Of a stretch of 64,000 nt of DNA, positions 40,350 through 54,407 are shown in pieces; positions within the stretch are counted from its first letter, which is position 1, and the number at the start of each line of letters is the position of its first letter. Both the position numbers and the translations under genes were made by a program. Source of the stretch: Octopus vulgaris. Its lineage: Eukaryota. The stretch is from contig OX597832.1 of assembly GCA_951406725.2 (NCBI GenBank), forward strand, positions 34,100,001 to 34,164,000, in the 5' to 3' direction. Below the pieces are notes generated by a model. That model ran no database searches. It saw only the letters and a program-made list of their open reading frames with translations, and had not been told where the DNA came from.

Positions 40350-40977
40350 AGAATATCTACAGACTTGGACTCCTTAGAAGAGCAAAAGTGGGAGGGTATC
40401 AAGGTAGAGGATGTAAGATCTGCTCTCAGAAGGTCAAGCAAATGAAAGTCTCCAGGAAAGGATAAAATTCCTGACTTCTGGCTGAATGCCTTCTCAGAGA
40501 GCCATGAACTGCAAACAAAACTTTGCACCAATGTTTTGCAACACCCTAGTATGATTTCCTCTTGGCTACTTAATGGTTTAACATTCCTGCTTCCAAAAAA
40601 CGAAGATATAAATGAAGTAAAACCTTATACGCACATAACCAGCTTAACAAAATATAAAATACTAACATCTGCCTTGACTGAGTATATCTATAGTTTTTTT
40701 TAAATAGAAAGAGGCATATTCCCTAACGTGGGTCCTGTGGTTGTAAAGATCAGCTACTCATTGTCTGTAAGTATGAGATCATGGAGAACCACACTGACTT
40801 TAAACAGTGACAATTACTCTCTCAATACTGGAGATGTAAGAATTTCATGTGGCATTTTCAAGGGCGACTCTCTACCACCACTACCCCTCTTTTGTCTAGC
40901 CTTAATGCCTCTCTCGAAATTGCTCGATGATGTAAAATATGGCTATAATATGTTTGATAAAAATATAAATCCTCTCA
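40350..40977 (+). mobile_element. R4/Dong-like LINE RT fragment with internal deletion
   Basis: EDVRSALRRSSK*KSPGKDKIPDFWL, then ISCGIFKGDSLPP.LFCLALMPLS..NINPL, breaking just before YMDD. Preceded by (TAA)n(GATA)n. Confidence 0.8.
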
Positions 40978-41729
40978 TTGATGATGTATGCAGGTTAATT
41001 ATGTTCGTACCACTTTCTTGCTCTGTCAAGACCATACTTGTTGCAAAGTGTCCAAAGGACGATCCTTACTGTGTTGTCATGACGTCTCATATATTCTTTC
41101 TGAGCTAGTGGCGTACATTGGCTGATAATATACCATAGGGATTCGCCATTGTGCCCACAACTTTTGCTCTTATCACTGTCTGATGTGTTGTCTATTCTGT
41201 ATTTTATGTATTTGGCTCTTAAAGCTGGCTCTTGGGCAGCACAGATAAGAGCCTCCGTTTATGGTTTTAAATCACATTTAGTCATCCACAGCCAACTTTT
41301 TTATCTGTCTGTCTTGTCTTCAACGTCCCCATGAAATTTTCCAGGCATTTTTTTGTTTATCTACCTATTTTCAGTTTCATTTATTCTCAAGTGCTTGTAC
41401 AGTGCTTTATCTTTGCAATATCCCAGCCTATACAAGCATAAACTTCTTAGTTGCCATAATAGCCGTTCTGTGGCATTTTTTACATATGTTGTTGTTTTCT
41501 TCATGAATACTGTGTTCGCATCCAATCAGTCCTCTTCCCCCTCTTTTTCTTAATACATACAGTCTGTGTCATGTTTTGAGTGGAGTACCCCATATCTAGT
41601 CAGAAACTTCCTTATCTTTCTGTCTAAGCTGTTTATTTCGTCTTCTGTCCATGCGATTATCCCCGCTCCATACCTAAAGAATAAAACCGCCTAGGTGTTG
41701 ATAGCTTCAGTCTTATTCCGTCCGTTTAA
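40978..41729 (-). mobile_element. Inverted copy of part (44748-45441) of the downstream R4/Dong-like LINE
   Basis: Near-identical ORF-track peptides on opposite strands (41149 vs 45107; 41353 vs 44874) and DNA alignment by eye. Confidence 0.9.
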
Positions 41730-41853
41730 ATTAATCGACCGCGAAAGGATGAAAGGATGACTCCAGCCGAATTTGAAATCAGAACGTAGCGGCAGGTGAA
41801 TTACCGCTAAGCATTGCATTCGGCATGCTAGAGATTCTGCCAGCCCACCGCGT
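41730..41853 (-). mobile_element. tRNA-derived SINE head, third family
   Basis: Minus strand gcggtgggctggcagaatc...acgttctgatttcaaattcggc. Confidence 0.7.
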
Positions 41854-41886
41854 TTTTAATAGCAATAATAATAATTATTATTATTG

Positions 41887-41939
<53 letters not shown>

Positions 41940-42790
41940 GTTGTTGTTGTTGTTGTTGTTGTTGTTATTATTATTAAAAATTAAGGATTGTAGAGGCAGT
42001 ACTAGCAATACAAAAAAACAACAACATAAAACAAACTGAAACAATAACAACAAAAAGAACTAAAAAATGTGAGTAAAATTACTGCTGTTGCTGCTGCTGC
42101 TGCTGCTGATGATGATGATGACAATGATGAAATGACTAAGAATAATAACATAAAGTAATAAATAAATCTATACCAACTCCCAATGACTTCAGTAAATAAA
42201 CAACCAGCAAGACGTCTCTCCTCATCTTCTCTTTTTTCTTTATCATGTTTTTTTATACTTTTATTTTCTCTCTGTATATTTTTTCCTTCCTTCCTCTCTT
42301 CCTTCCGGCCTTTCTATCATTCTTGTCTTCCTTCCTCTCCTTCTACCTCCTTTTCTTTCGTTTCCTTCCTTTTCCTTCCTCTAATTGCTTCGTTTATTTT
42401 ATGGCCAATTTTAAATAACATAATTATAGTCATTACTGCTGACTGCCATAACGTAAAGATAAGTTTCAAGTCGTGGGCCAACGAAATCGAGTCGGTGTCC
42501 ACAATTTTTACATCCGGTTTTGTTGTTCATATAGCTTTATTGTTTATTATTATTAATGTTGTTTTTTTTATTAAATTTATTGTTATTATTGTTTTTGTTG
42601 TAGTTGTTATTCGTTTTGGTTACAATTATTTACCGAACTCTGCAAATCTGTCAAGAGATGGTGGCTGGGAGGAGATGGGAGGTTGGGGGGAGAGATTTAT
42701 GAGGCAGAAATGTAATATCAATGTCATTTGAGTTCGAACTTTGTTCAATAACAGAGTAAGAAAACGAGGTAGTCTTATACCCGTACGCTC

Positions 42791-42837
<47 letters not shown>

Positions 42838-42896
42838 TGTCTGTCTGTGTGTGTGTGTCTGTGTGTGTGTCTGTGTGTGTGTATCTGTGTGTGTGT

Positions 42897-43196
42897 GTGG
42901 AGGCGCAATGGCCCAGTGGGTAGGGCAGCGGACTTGCGGTCGTAAGGATCGCAGTTTTGATTCCCAGATCGGGCGTTGTGAGCGTTTATTGAGCGAAAGC
43001 ACCTAAAGCTCCACGAGGCTCCGGCAGGGGGTGGTGGCCATCCCTGCTATACTCTTTCGCCACGACTTTCTCTCACTCTTTCTCCTGTTTGCCTGCTCGC
43101 TTAGCCAGCGGGGTGGCGTCATTCGAAGGCTAAAACAATGCGAAGCGCATTGTGACCAGCGATGTGTAGCAACATCTGATAGCCTGGTCGGTCACG

Positions 43197-43200
<4 letters not shown>
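42897..43200 (+). mobile_element. tRNA-derived SINE with the 3766-type head and an RTE-derived tail
   Basis: 42897-43090 aligns with 3766-3960. 43150-43200 aligns with the RTE 3' end at 10015-10066 (minus). Confidence 0.85.
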
Positions 43201-43284
<84 letters not shown>

Positions 43285-43695
43285 AATGTCTCAAAGCACG
43301 TGGTCAAATGAGCGTATTAATCTCCTGATCATGTGGTTGCGACATTACTTCCATGGTTGGGTAGTCCGTTGGGTCCTTGACCAAAGCACTGCAGTTCATG
43401 TTGATTCATTTCAATCAGGTTAAAATAAGTAACAGTCACCTCTTTCTCTATCTCTTCCTCTCTGTCCCTATTTATATTCAAGCAACATCATGTGTGAAAC
43501 GTGTTTACTCTATTCCTCACGAATCGTTATCACCGTGGGCTGCTCTTATGAAAAGCCCTCCATAGCCGCCTGCAGTTTTGTTCGAATTTCAATTATGTCA
43601 CAGTCGATACCAATCCGTCTTATATCAAGAGCAACAAAATGTCGTTGTAGAAATCGCAGTTCACCGCTCTGCCGAACTCCACACGCACGCGCACG

Positions 43696-43829
<134 letters not shown>

Positions 43830-44044
43830 GCTCCTTTTCTGGTTCACGTTTTGAGATCGACTTTATATTTCATCCTTTCGGGGTCTTTGAAATAAATCGC
43901 ACCAGGTTCGATGTAATCAACTAGGCCCACCGCCTCCAAAATTTCAAGACTTGTGCCTAGAATGAAAAGAATTTTAGGTTTTCCTCTCTCTTATGATTAA
44001 CTAGAATTACACTGATTTTAAACATATGATAAATTCTTAATGAC

Positions 44045-45905
44045 ACCCTTGAGTGCAGGCGTAAGTGCAGGGATAGCAAGGACCAACTTCTGGTACACAA
44101 ATCTGTACTTAAAGACTGTAAGAGAAAAAATTAGCCATGTCATAGATCGATTTTCAGAAGGCGTGCGATATGATCCCACATTCTTGGATTACGCAATGTA
44201 TGAACCTATTTGGTATTGCATCGAATGCTTGGAAAAAGTATAGCGAAGTGGAGGACGGAACTGACAGCATATGGAAGAAGTTCAGAGACAATAGAAATCA
44301 GAGAGGCATCTTTCAAGGGGACTGCCTGGCCCCACTAATCTTTGTATTGTGCATGATAACACTAATACCGATTCTGAAGAAAGCAAAAGCTGGGTATCTC
44401 TTCAAGAACTGTCAACAAAAAGGCAACCACTTGTTATTCATGAATACCCTCAAACTTTATGATGAAGAATCCCAAGTCAGTTGCCTTGTTGATACGGTGT
44501 ATACTTTCAGTGCTGGTATCAGAATGGAGTTCGGACTGAAAAAGGGTGCCGTGTTAGTCTTGAAGAGAGACAAAAGTAAATGTATGGACGGGCTAGCGAT
44601 CCCGTCGGGGAAGGTTAAGAAGCAAATAGGAGAGACGGGCTATAAGTACTTGGGGATACTGGAAATAGATAAATTGATGGAGAAAGACACGACGGAGATT
44701 TAAGGTGGAGTACTTGCACAGACTCAGACTAATCCTTAATTCGAAATTAAACGGACGGAATAAAATTGAAGCTATAAACACTTGGTCGGTTTCAATCCTT
44801 AGATTGAGCAGAGGTGATCGCATGGACAGCAGACGAACTAAACAACTGAGCAGAAAGGCAAAGAAATTGCTGACTAGCTATGGGATACTTCACTCAAAAT
44901 CGTGACACAGACTGTATGTATCAAGAAAAAGAGGGGGAAGAGGACTGATTGGATGCGAACACAGCATTCATGAAGAAAACAACAACATATGTAAAACAAA
45001 TGCCACAGAACCGCTATTATTGGAACTAGGAAGATCAGGCTGGAAGATTGCAAAGATAAAACACTGTACAAGCACTTGAGAATAAATGAAACTGAAAATA
45101 GGTGGATTAACAAAAGAATGCATGGACAATTTCATGGGGACGTTGAAGATAAGACAGATAAAAAAGTTGGCTGTGGATGACTAAATGTGATTTAAAACCA
45201 TAAACGGAGGCTCTGATCTGTGCTGCCCAAGAGCCAGCTTTAAGAGCCAAATACATAAAATACAGAATAGACAACACATCAGAAAGTGATAAGTGCAAAA
45301 TTTGTGGGCACTAGCCCACAAAGAATATATGAGACGTCATGACAACACAATAAGGATTGTCCTTCGGACACTTTGCAACAAGTATGGTCTTGACAGAGCA
45401 AAAAAGTGGTACGAACATAATTAACCTGCATACATCATCAAAAATGGTGACGCAAAGGTGGTTTGGGATTTTGGGATTCAATGTAACCATGATGTAGAGA
45501 ATAGGAAACCAGATATAGTGTTAATTGAAAAGAAGGCAAACTATGCTGAGTCATAGATATAGCATGCCAAGGCGGCGACAACAAGGCATGCGGTAATGAA
45601 GAAAGGAAAATCAATAGATATAACAGGTTAGCTTGGGTGGGTAAGCAGTTGTGGTCGCCGAAAAAGTGGTATTAATATCAATAATTGTCGGAGCCCTGGG
45701 ACCAGTGAGTAAAAGATCTTGAGAAGTACATGGAACAAATAGGGGCTTCAATAAAGTGGAGCATTTGCAGAAAACAGCACTGTTTGGGACTACTCGAGTA
45801 CTCCGGATGGTGCTCGAAAAATAAGTGGAGGTGACATTAGTTCACTGGTAGGGAACAGCTGGCATCGTAGTGCATCTCCAGCGTTAGAAGCTGTGCAAAG
45901 ACAAT
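44045..45905 (+). mobile_element. 5'-truncated R4/Dong-like LINE (RT, CCHC region, RLE endonuclease, 3'UTR), pseudogenised
   Basis: KDQLLV, IDFQKACDMIPHSW, RGIFQGDCLAPLIF, NHLLFMNTLKLY (YMDD position), FGLKK, YKYLGILE, RHD and RKPDIVL. The 3' end runs into TAA/TTA repeats. Confidence 0.9.
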
Positions 45906-47189
45906 AAATAATAAGAATTATTATTATTATTATTATTGTTATTATTATTATTATTATTATGTTTATTATAAAGTAATAATAAGCCAGCTGAAACCATTTT
46001 TTCCCTGTGGCAACATGCCATTTACCATCGTTAAAATATCAGTAGATCTATTGATTTGATTCCCACAGTGGTAATTTATCGTTATTGAGTATACTGAAAC
46101 CATTTTCTTCCTATTTTACGTGACAAATTCACATTACACTAAAGTTATGCAGGAAATATCAATATTACATTCGAAATTTGGACTTCAGTTTTAATTTGAT
46201 GCTTTATTTATGTACACAGGCACTGATGTACACAGACATATAAAGACGCATAGATATGCTAGTGTTTGTGTGCATATATTAGCAGTTGAGTTTTGTTAAT
46301 ACAAAACTATTAGTTTCATGCGAACATTGTCGCAATTAACAATCGTAGGTAGGTTTTACATGTGTGTCTGTGTGGGTGAGTTAATTTAGAGATTATAACA
46401 AATGTCTAAGTGACACTTGTATCCAACGAATCCACTGATGTATTACCTATATTTAATCATGAGCATTGTGTTAATGCTCATGAATGAGGACAAAAATAAA
46501 CTAGAGTTTATCATTTTTCGAGGAAAACAGAAAATGGAGATAAATTGATGAACAACAATGGATTGACATCAATTTTCATTTGTTGATTAATTACAAAAAG
46601 ATAAAATCTCAGCTGCCAGCGGTTTCTGTTAGCGTGATTCTCAGTTTTAAACACCACAATAATAGTAACAAAAGTTGTAGGTAATTAGTTATACCAAATT
46701 GAATCATGGAACTTCATCAGAGCGGAGAATTAAATAAAATATACGTAAAAAGGAAAAGAAGGAGAAAGGACGGTGATAATGAATTGATGCTACATGCTGA
46801 CCCACTGTGAAACATTCGACCAACTGGGATTGAGAATTTAAATATATTCATGCACACACACACACACACATGTGTATATAGTTATGTGTATATTACTATC
46901 GAAAGAAATATAAGCGGATAACCATATGAGAGTGAACAGTTGATACTGAGCTGTTAAGTAATGAGTGTTATGGGGGGAATGGTAAAAGTAAATTATTGGA
47001 CTAGGCGGGGTTGTGTTTGTTTCAATGTGTAAAATTGCTGAGTTTAACAAATGGGGGTAGTCATTAATCAATAAACTAATCAATTTAATTCATTAACTCG
47101 TCCATTAATCAACCAATCAAGTACAAATTATCTACGGTTATGGTAAAGAACTATGGCTATCATTATGGGAGAGGAGGATTAGAGAATTC

Positions 47190-47500
47190 ACTAATTTTAA
47201 TTATATCTAAAGAACACACGTTTACCTATGTGGAAGCAAGTTTTGTTTCGTTCCTCTCTCAGATTAATCAGGGAGTCTAGCCATAAGGATGAAAAGTTTT
47301 CATTAATACATAGGTAAGACTTTTTCTTTTTTACGCTATAAGAGGGTGCTGAAGCAAATATAACCCATTCCAAATCAAAAATAATGTTATTATCTTTAAG
47401 TTCCCAAATGAATTTACTCAATCCAGTTGAGTTATGCTTATTTGTTTCTAAAAGTATGTAAGTGTGTGACTAGTCATCTCTTCATTTCATTTTGAGTGTC
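47190..47500 (-). mobile_element. Penelope-like element, GIY-YIG endonuclease C-terminal fragment
   Basis: STGLSKFIWELKDNNIIFDLEWVIFASAPSY...LCINE...LINLREERNKTCFH matches the Penelope LSK.IW.LK...W.I...A..Y...C.LC..E...LN.R.E...C.H pattern. Confidence 0.8.
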
Positions 47501-49466
47501 CCTATATAAACATATGTGTGTGTGTGTGTATGTTTATATATAATATATATGTATATATATATATAATTACACACACGTTCGTGGGATGTTTTAGCATGTT
47601 TTACCTTCTGCTTGTTATACTTAAAGAATTGCAGCTATACTGGGTCAACTCCTTGAAGATTTTAGTCGAACAGATTCAATTTAGTACATGATTTTAGATC
47701 TGGCTTTTATTTCTATAGGGATATTTTTTGCGGAACCGTTAAGTTACGGAGACTTATACAAAGCTACACATTTTATCAAGGTGTAAGAGGGAAACAAACA
47801 TAAAGATAAAGACACATACATTCACACATACACGCACGTATACATACATTCATACATACACATGCTCACATACATACATGTACACTGTTTTGAAGATAAT
47901 AATGATAATGGAACACACCTCCCACTTGTCGAGTAGTATGTGAGTCGTTACAAATATTGTGGCGTGAGAAGTCGACGAAGTCGGTCACAGGTAGTCGTGT
48001 CTTGTCTAACCAACTATACTGATATACTGGAGTGGACGTTATAACAGTCCAACGTTGGATTACAACAAATACATACACACGCACATACATACCCACTTGC
48101 ATGCATACATACATAAATACATGTGCATATAAGTCAGGTTTCCACTAAGTTCCGCTTAATCACTCACAAGGCCCGGTGATACTGTAGACAACACTTATCC
48201 AAGATGCTGCACAGCCGGACTGAACACGAAACCAAGTACTTACAAAGCGAGCTTTTTAACCACATAACCATGCCCATGTCTAAACAAAGTGGACCAAACA
48301 GAGAAGAGAGAGAGAGAGAGAGACAGAGATGAGAGAGAAGAAAGAGAGAACAGAGAGATTGAGGGAAAATAATGAGTAAATTTTCTACCGAAGAGTATTG
48401 AATATCGTAATGCTGCATTTGATGTCGCTTCTCGCGCCATGCCAACACAACTCGCATCGCATTTACCTTCTCTATCTGAATGGACGGAGCAGTTTTATGC
48501 GGTTTCTCATTGTTTGTTTTTTCCTTTCCTTCTTTTTATATTTCTTTCTGTTGTTTCCTTCCAAAAAATGACTTTGGCCAATGTTATAAACAATCCCTCT
48601 CATCAGAATTTTCATACGTATATTTAAATACATATAAATGCATGTATTGTGTGTGTATGTGTTTATATTACGTACGAACACACACATATATATGCATGTG
48701 CATGTACATACCCACACACACATGTATATATATGTATATATACATACGTATATTTCAATATAAATAGATAGATAGATAGATAGATAGATAGATTGTGTAC
48801 ACCATCGGGACCATCATGTAAACAACCAAACAAAGCAATACGCTCTTCTGCCGATCAAAGCGGAAACAATATGGTGGACAATATTTAACGAATAATTTCG
48901 TATTGATCCTCTCACTACGCTAACCACACCAAATTCACCACCACCCTTTCGGAGAGTAAAAAGAGGGGACTGGTGGGTTATTGTTTCATGGTTAACATTT
49001 TAACACGAAACTACTCCACTTCCGAACATTGTTTTATCATTCCGTCTTTACGACCCATCAAGGACTGTGACATGACATCGACCAAGTTCCCAATTCGTTG
49101 TTCTAACTTTGAACCCCACCTCTTGCGACTCATCCATTCCTTCAGATCTTTCATGTTTATTTTGTTTGTGGTTTACTTGTTTCATTTCGTGTTGTTTTGG
49201 TCCTTTTTTTAGATTGTTTATGTTGGTAATTTTTGCAACCTTCTTTATATTCAGATTGTATTTTATGAAACGCAATTCCATCGAACCAATTATGGTCTTT
49301 GTATTTTATATTCTCCAACACGGACGCTCGGATATAATTCTATAACCTGCAGATTTAACTGAGTATGCTACATACCATTTCTCCCTCTAATCTCATTCTT
49401 TCTTTCCCTCTTTTCTCTCTCTCCCTTTAACTCTCCTTCTCTCTCACTCTCTCTGTACATATGTAT

Positions 49467-49515
<49 letters not shown>

Positions 49516-50128
49516 TGTGTGAATGTGTGTGTGTGTATGTATATATATATATATATATATATGAGAAAAGCACTTAATGTTGTTCTACATATATTCTTAT
49601 GCACACACACACACACACATTCGAGCGAGAAAGGTGTAATGTATATATGTGCCTACACATGTTTCGTTTTTCATCTATATCTATATATATATTGCCTATA
49701 GGTAAAGGAATAATGAATGTGCATTACAGAATACCTGTACATAAACACACACACACAAAAAAAAAAAAAGTATATGCACACAAACACTCATATATATATA
49801 TACACACACACATACATACAAACGCATGCATTCATGTGTGTACTATGAGTATATATGCATCTGGCAGTGAATGTGTATGATTCTATGCACAGAGGGGACC
49901 AGTAGTTGCATGCTTTACGTCATTGCTCATTGGTGAGGCTTTTGTACCTAGTTTGTACGTAACAAAGATAATATGGAACTAAAGTATCTTTTTCGCACGT
50001 TTGATTCACACATCGATTAATCACATAATCTATTAGAAGCCCTATATGTCTCTCTCATGCTTTAACTCTCTTTCCCCCTCTCTCTCTCACACTCACGTTA
50101 TTCATATACACAAGCATACACACACACG

Positions 50129-50197
<69 letters not shown>

Positions 50198-50984
50198 GGA
50201 ACGAGCGAGCGAGCGAGAGAGAGATAGAAAGAGAATTATACAGATATGATTATGTATGTAGTCATATTTTGTGCTGTGTAGCTTATTGATCAGAACATAT
50301 AACCACCAATGTTTTGAACTCCATGCTTTCAGCAATAATTCAAAAGATCCATTTGTGGGGAAAAAATATTTTACTATTCCATGTTTCTTTAGTTCTATTC
50401 CGATATTTGAAACACTAGAGACAAATGTAAAACAAGTGCGCAGATAAATGTTCGAGCTTAGTCAATACACCTTTCAGTATTTCATTAACAATGATATGTT
50501 ATATAAGGAAGTATTTTCAAGAAGATTATATCATCACATCATCAGAGATTGCGTAACAAACGTAAATAAGCATTTAGGGATTTGGGGAATTTGAACAGTT
50601 TTATGGTATCATCGAACATAAGTTATACATGAGGCATATATAATTATATACACAAATGCAGACATATTTGTTATTATATTTGGAAGGTTTGCGCTCTGAG
50701 TTATCTCATGCTTCGATGACATTGAGCGGCCCGACGTTTCAGTGTCGCATTTGGAGGACAGTTCTCTTTGTGTACATACCTGAGAAGATAAGGTTCCCCC
50801 AGGCGAAGTTTTATCGAGATCAATATTGCTCTAGCAATGTGCAACTTAATGCTACACACAAGGCTTTAGAATAATTGAAGACACTTGCCCAGAGTGCCAC
50901 GCAATAGAACTACAGGGAAGCATGTTGTTGACAAATAAACTTCATAACAGACACCCATGCCCGTGCCTATGAGACAGTATCACA

Positions 50985-51630
50985 GTATGTATGATTGTTA
51001 GCCCATTTGTAGATTTCGTTCAGGTCTTTCTGCAGTTTTACAATGTCTTCTGGGTTCCTAACTGCCTGCGATACTTTTGTGTTGTCAGCATAACTGGTCA
51101 GATTGGCTGACTATACCGCGGAAGGCATGTCTGAGAGGGCCACGACAAATAGTAGTGGCCCCAGTACAGTTTCCAGTGGGACCCCACTGAGAATTGGCTG
51201 CAACTGTCTGACTCCTGCCCTTCAGAAAATCATGCAGCCACTCTCCCAGTTTCCCAGTAATACCAAGGTTTCGAGGCTTGTGACATATCATACCATGATC
51301 AACATTGTCGAAGGTCTTGGCAAAGTTGAGTTATATCACGTCTACAGTTGACTGGTTTAGCTGTTGCTTCCGTACTCAGTCAGTGGTGCAGCAACTGTGT
51401 GAGGCAGCTCTTCCTTGAATGGTATCCATGTTGCACGTTTGTAAGAAGGTTGTTTTTCTAGGAACGTGATCAGTTTTTTTCTGACAATGCATTCCATTGT
51501 CTTGCTAACATATTAGGTCAGAGAGAGGAGCTTGTAGCTTTTAACATCTGCTCTGCCACCCCTTTATGGACAGGGAATATTATGCCCTCCTTTAGCATGT
51601 TGGGAAGTTTACCACATGTAACGAAACTCT
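50985..51630 (-). mobile_element. CR1-type LINE reverse-transcriptase fragment, decayed
   Basis: LPNMLKEGIIFPVHKGG.RADVKSYKLLSLT, QHGY, SCLTQLL, FAKTFDNVDHG, LGITGKLGEWLHDFL.GRSQ, SGVPLETVLGPLLFVV and YADNTKV. Confidence 0.85.
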
Positions 51631-53081
51631 ATATGTAGGCAAGTTGAGTTAGCGGTTGGAATAACCGTCTAAAGGAAAGGGCATCCGTTATTACTAACGG
51701 TATAAATTAACTGTTAACCCTGGGAATGGGTATGCAAGCATACCATACTCATAGGATACATGCAATATCTGTCACAACACAGTTTAGTAAAAAGATATAC
51801 ATAGGAGATACCCAAAATTAAATGAAACGAAGGCTAGCTGCACACCAACACTCTATCAGAAATAGAAATACGACCGGATTAAGTGAATATATTTGGGAAC
51901 TTAAAGATAAAAGTACTAGATTCGTTTTAGAATGGAAGATCCTCGTCTCCGTACCTTCGTAAAATGTGAAAAATAAGAAATGCTATTTTTGCATCAATGA
52001 AAGAATTTTGATACTAGCGACACAACACCCGCTCCTTAAATTGAGGGAAGAGAAAAACTAGGCCCTTTCTGCATAAGTTTACCTTCGATAAATATAAATA
52101 GCATTAGAGACTCTTTGCACCATCCCCACATTTAGAACCCAGAGCCCTTCACCACAGAAATAGTAGTTCTCGATATTAAATGAGGGCATATATTAACTCC
52201 TAAATTAAAGTTAGTTTAATAGTATTACACACCTGAATCCCTTATCGAGGATTTAGGAGCAATATCCCTTCACCAACATATCCGAGTTTAAATTCTATCT
52301 CTACCCATAATAACTAAATACATAATATATTTATAAAGCTTTCTCTCCTTAATATAACCTCCTTACACCCTGTAATAAAGACAATTCTTTCAACTATGGA
52401 CCTAATTTAGAATACAGAGGACATATGAGAATACAGAGAGAATATGAGAGCCTGACCCGCCATCTCAGCTAAGGCTGTACTTACAACTAATTTTACTTGA
52501 CTGAACTTTCTACACCATGGGTGAGCTTGTTTTAATTAGCTTCATTTCAATCTGGACCTAATTTTCAGCCAGCATAGTGATCTACTTCCATTTATTGTGG
52601 ACCCCATTAGATTTACGCATTTAGGATCCCCGACCCCACGTATAACAACGTAACAACGTAATAATGATTGGAGACGTCTTTAGATTGTATTTGTTTGTAC
52701 TTGGCACTGCAGTAGAAGCTTTCCTACGAGCTATTATTGCCCTCAGGCATATTGTGTATAAATGGAAGAGAAATTTTGGGGTAGGCCCCATATGGTTACA
52801 CCCAAGCAAGAGTTAATATGACAAGTTTAGTAACAAGAACAATATACTATTAATAATAATATAAATCAAGTAGGCTTTAGTAAACTGTAGTAGGACTTTG
52901 AATTTGTAACCATGCTGGTAACTAGCAAGTGATTTAACTTGTAATCGTTTAATTAATTTGAAGTTTTGTGCTTTTGTCTTCTTCTACCGAAATTTAGAAA
53001 TAGCAGTTAGATCCTATTCCTCTACCATAACAGACAGCAATAATTAATTAATTTTACCCTTTATTATAATTGAAAAATACG

Positions 53082-53127
<46 letters not shown>

Positions 53128-53478
53128 CACACATATATATGCACATATATATATACACAGATATATATACACATATATACACACATATATACACACATAT
53201 ATATACATATATATATACATATATACATATATATGTACACACATATATACATATATATACACACATATATATACACACTCATGTATATACACACACATAT
53301 ATATATATACACATATATACATATATAGAGGGCGAGACAGAGACAGAAGCAGACAGACAGACAAAGTGAGAGATAAGAAGTATATATATATATTGTATGT
53401 ACTCATGCATATGTCTGTCTGTATGCCTATATGAATACAGAAGTGGGTGTTTCCTAGCGAGCGTGCGTAGATGTGTGC

Positions 53479-53520
<42 letters not shown>

Positions 53521-53756
53521 GTCTATTTGTGTGGATGCGTATGAAGCAATTACGTCAATTAGCGAAGCTTCACATTTGTTCTATGACCATTGTTAATGGA
53601 GTATTCACAGCTCTTAAAGTCGGACGTCATAACACTGGCCATCCAATGCCAACTAGATTTATGACCGAATTATTTAGAATCCATGTCACTGATTGAATTA
53701 ACTTTGTGGTTCTATTGATTAATTAGGTCTAATTTCCACCACGCTAATTATGAGTG

Positions 53757-53817
<61 letters not shown>

Positions 53818-53994
53818 CATAATTATCTACTCGTTTCGTATGCATGAGTATAAATACATAGATAAGCATTTAGGAATGTTTGGGCATGCACATATAATGC
53901 ATTTATGTGTATATACATATATCTAAATATATATATATACATGTATGTATGTGCATATATTTTCTTCTATTTGTCTGTATATAACATTTCCTTA

Positions 53995-54037
<43 letters not shown>

Positions 54038-54347
54038 ATACATATATATATATATATCATACACAGATAAGGAAATATCATGCACACAATTACAAATTAT
54101 AATTTATTCACTTTCCGGGGATAAATACTTAGGTTAGGTGAATTAAGCTGCGGATTGTGAGAATAATGCGTATCATGTTACGACTCACATAAGCACGTGT
54201 TGTGTGTGTGTGTGAAATCATAATGATGAAACATTCAATGAAGTACCACTCAGTACATTTGTGTAGTGCATTACTTTCTGTTACTTGTAAATCTTGTGTA
54301 TATGTATATATGCGCATATATATATATATATATATGTATGTATATTC

Positions 54348-54407
<60 letters not shown>

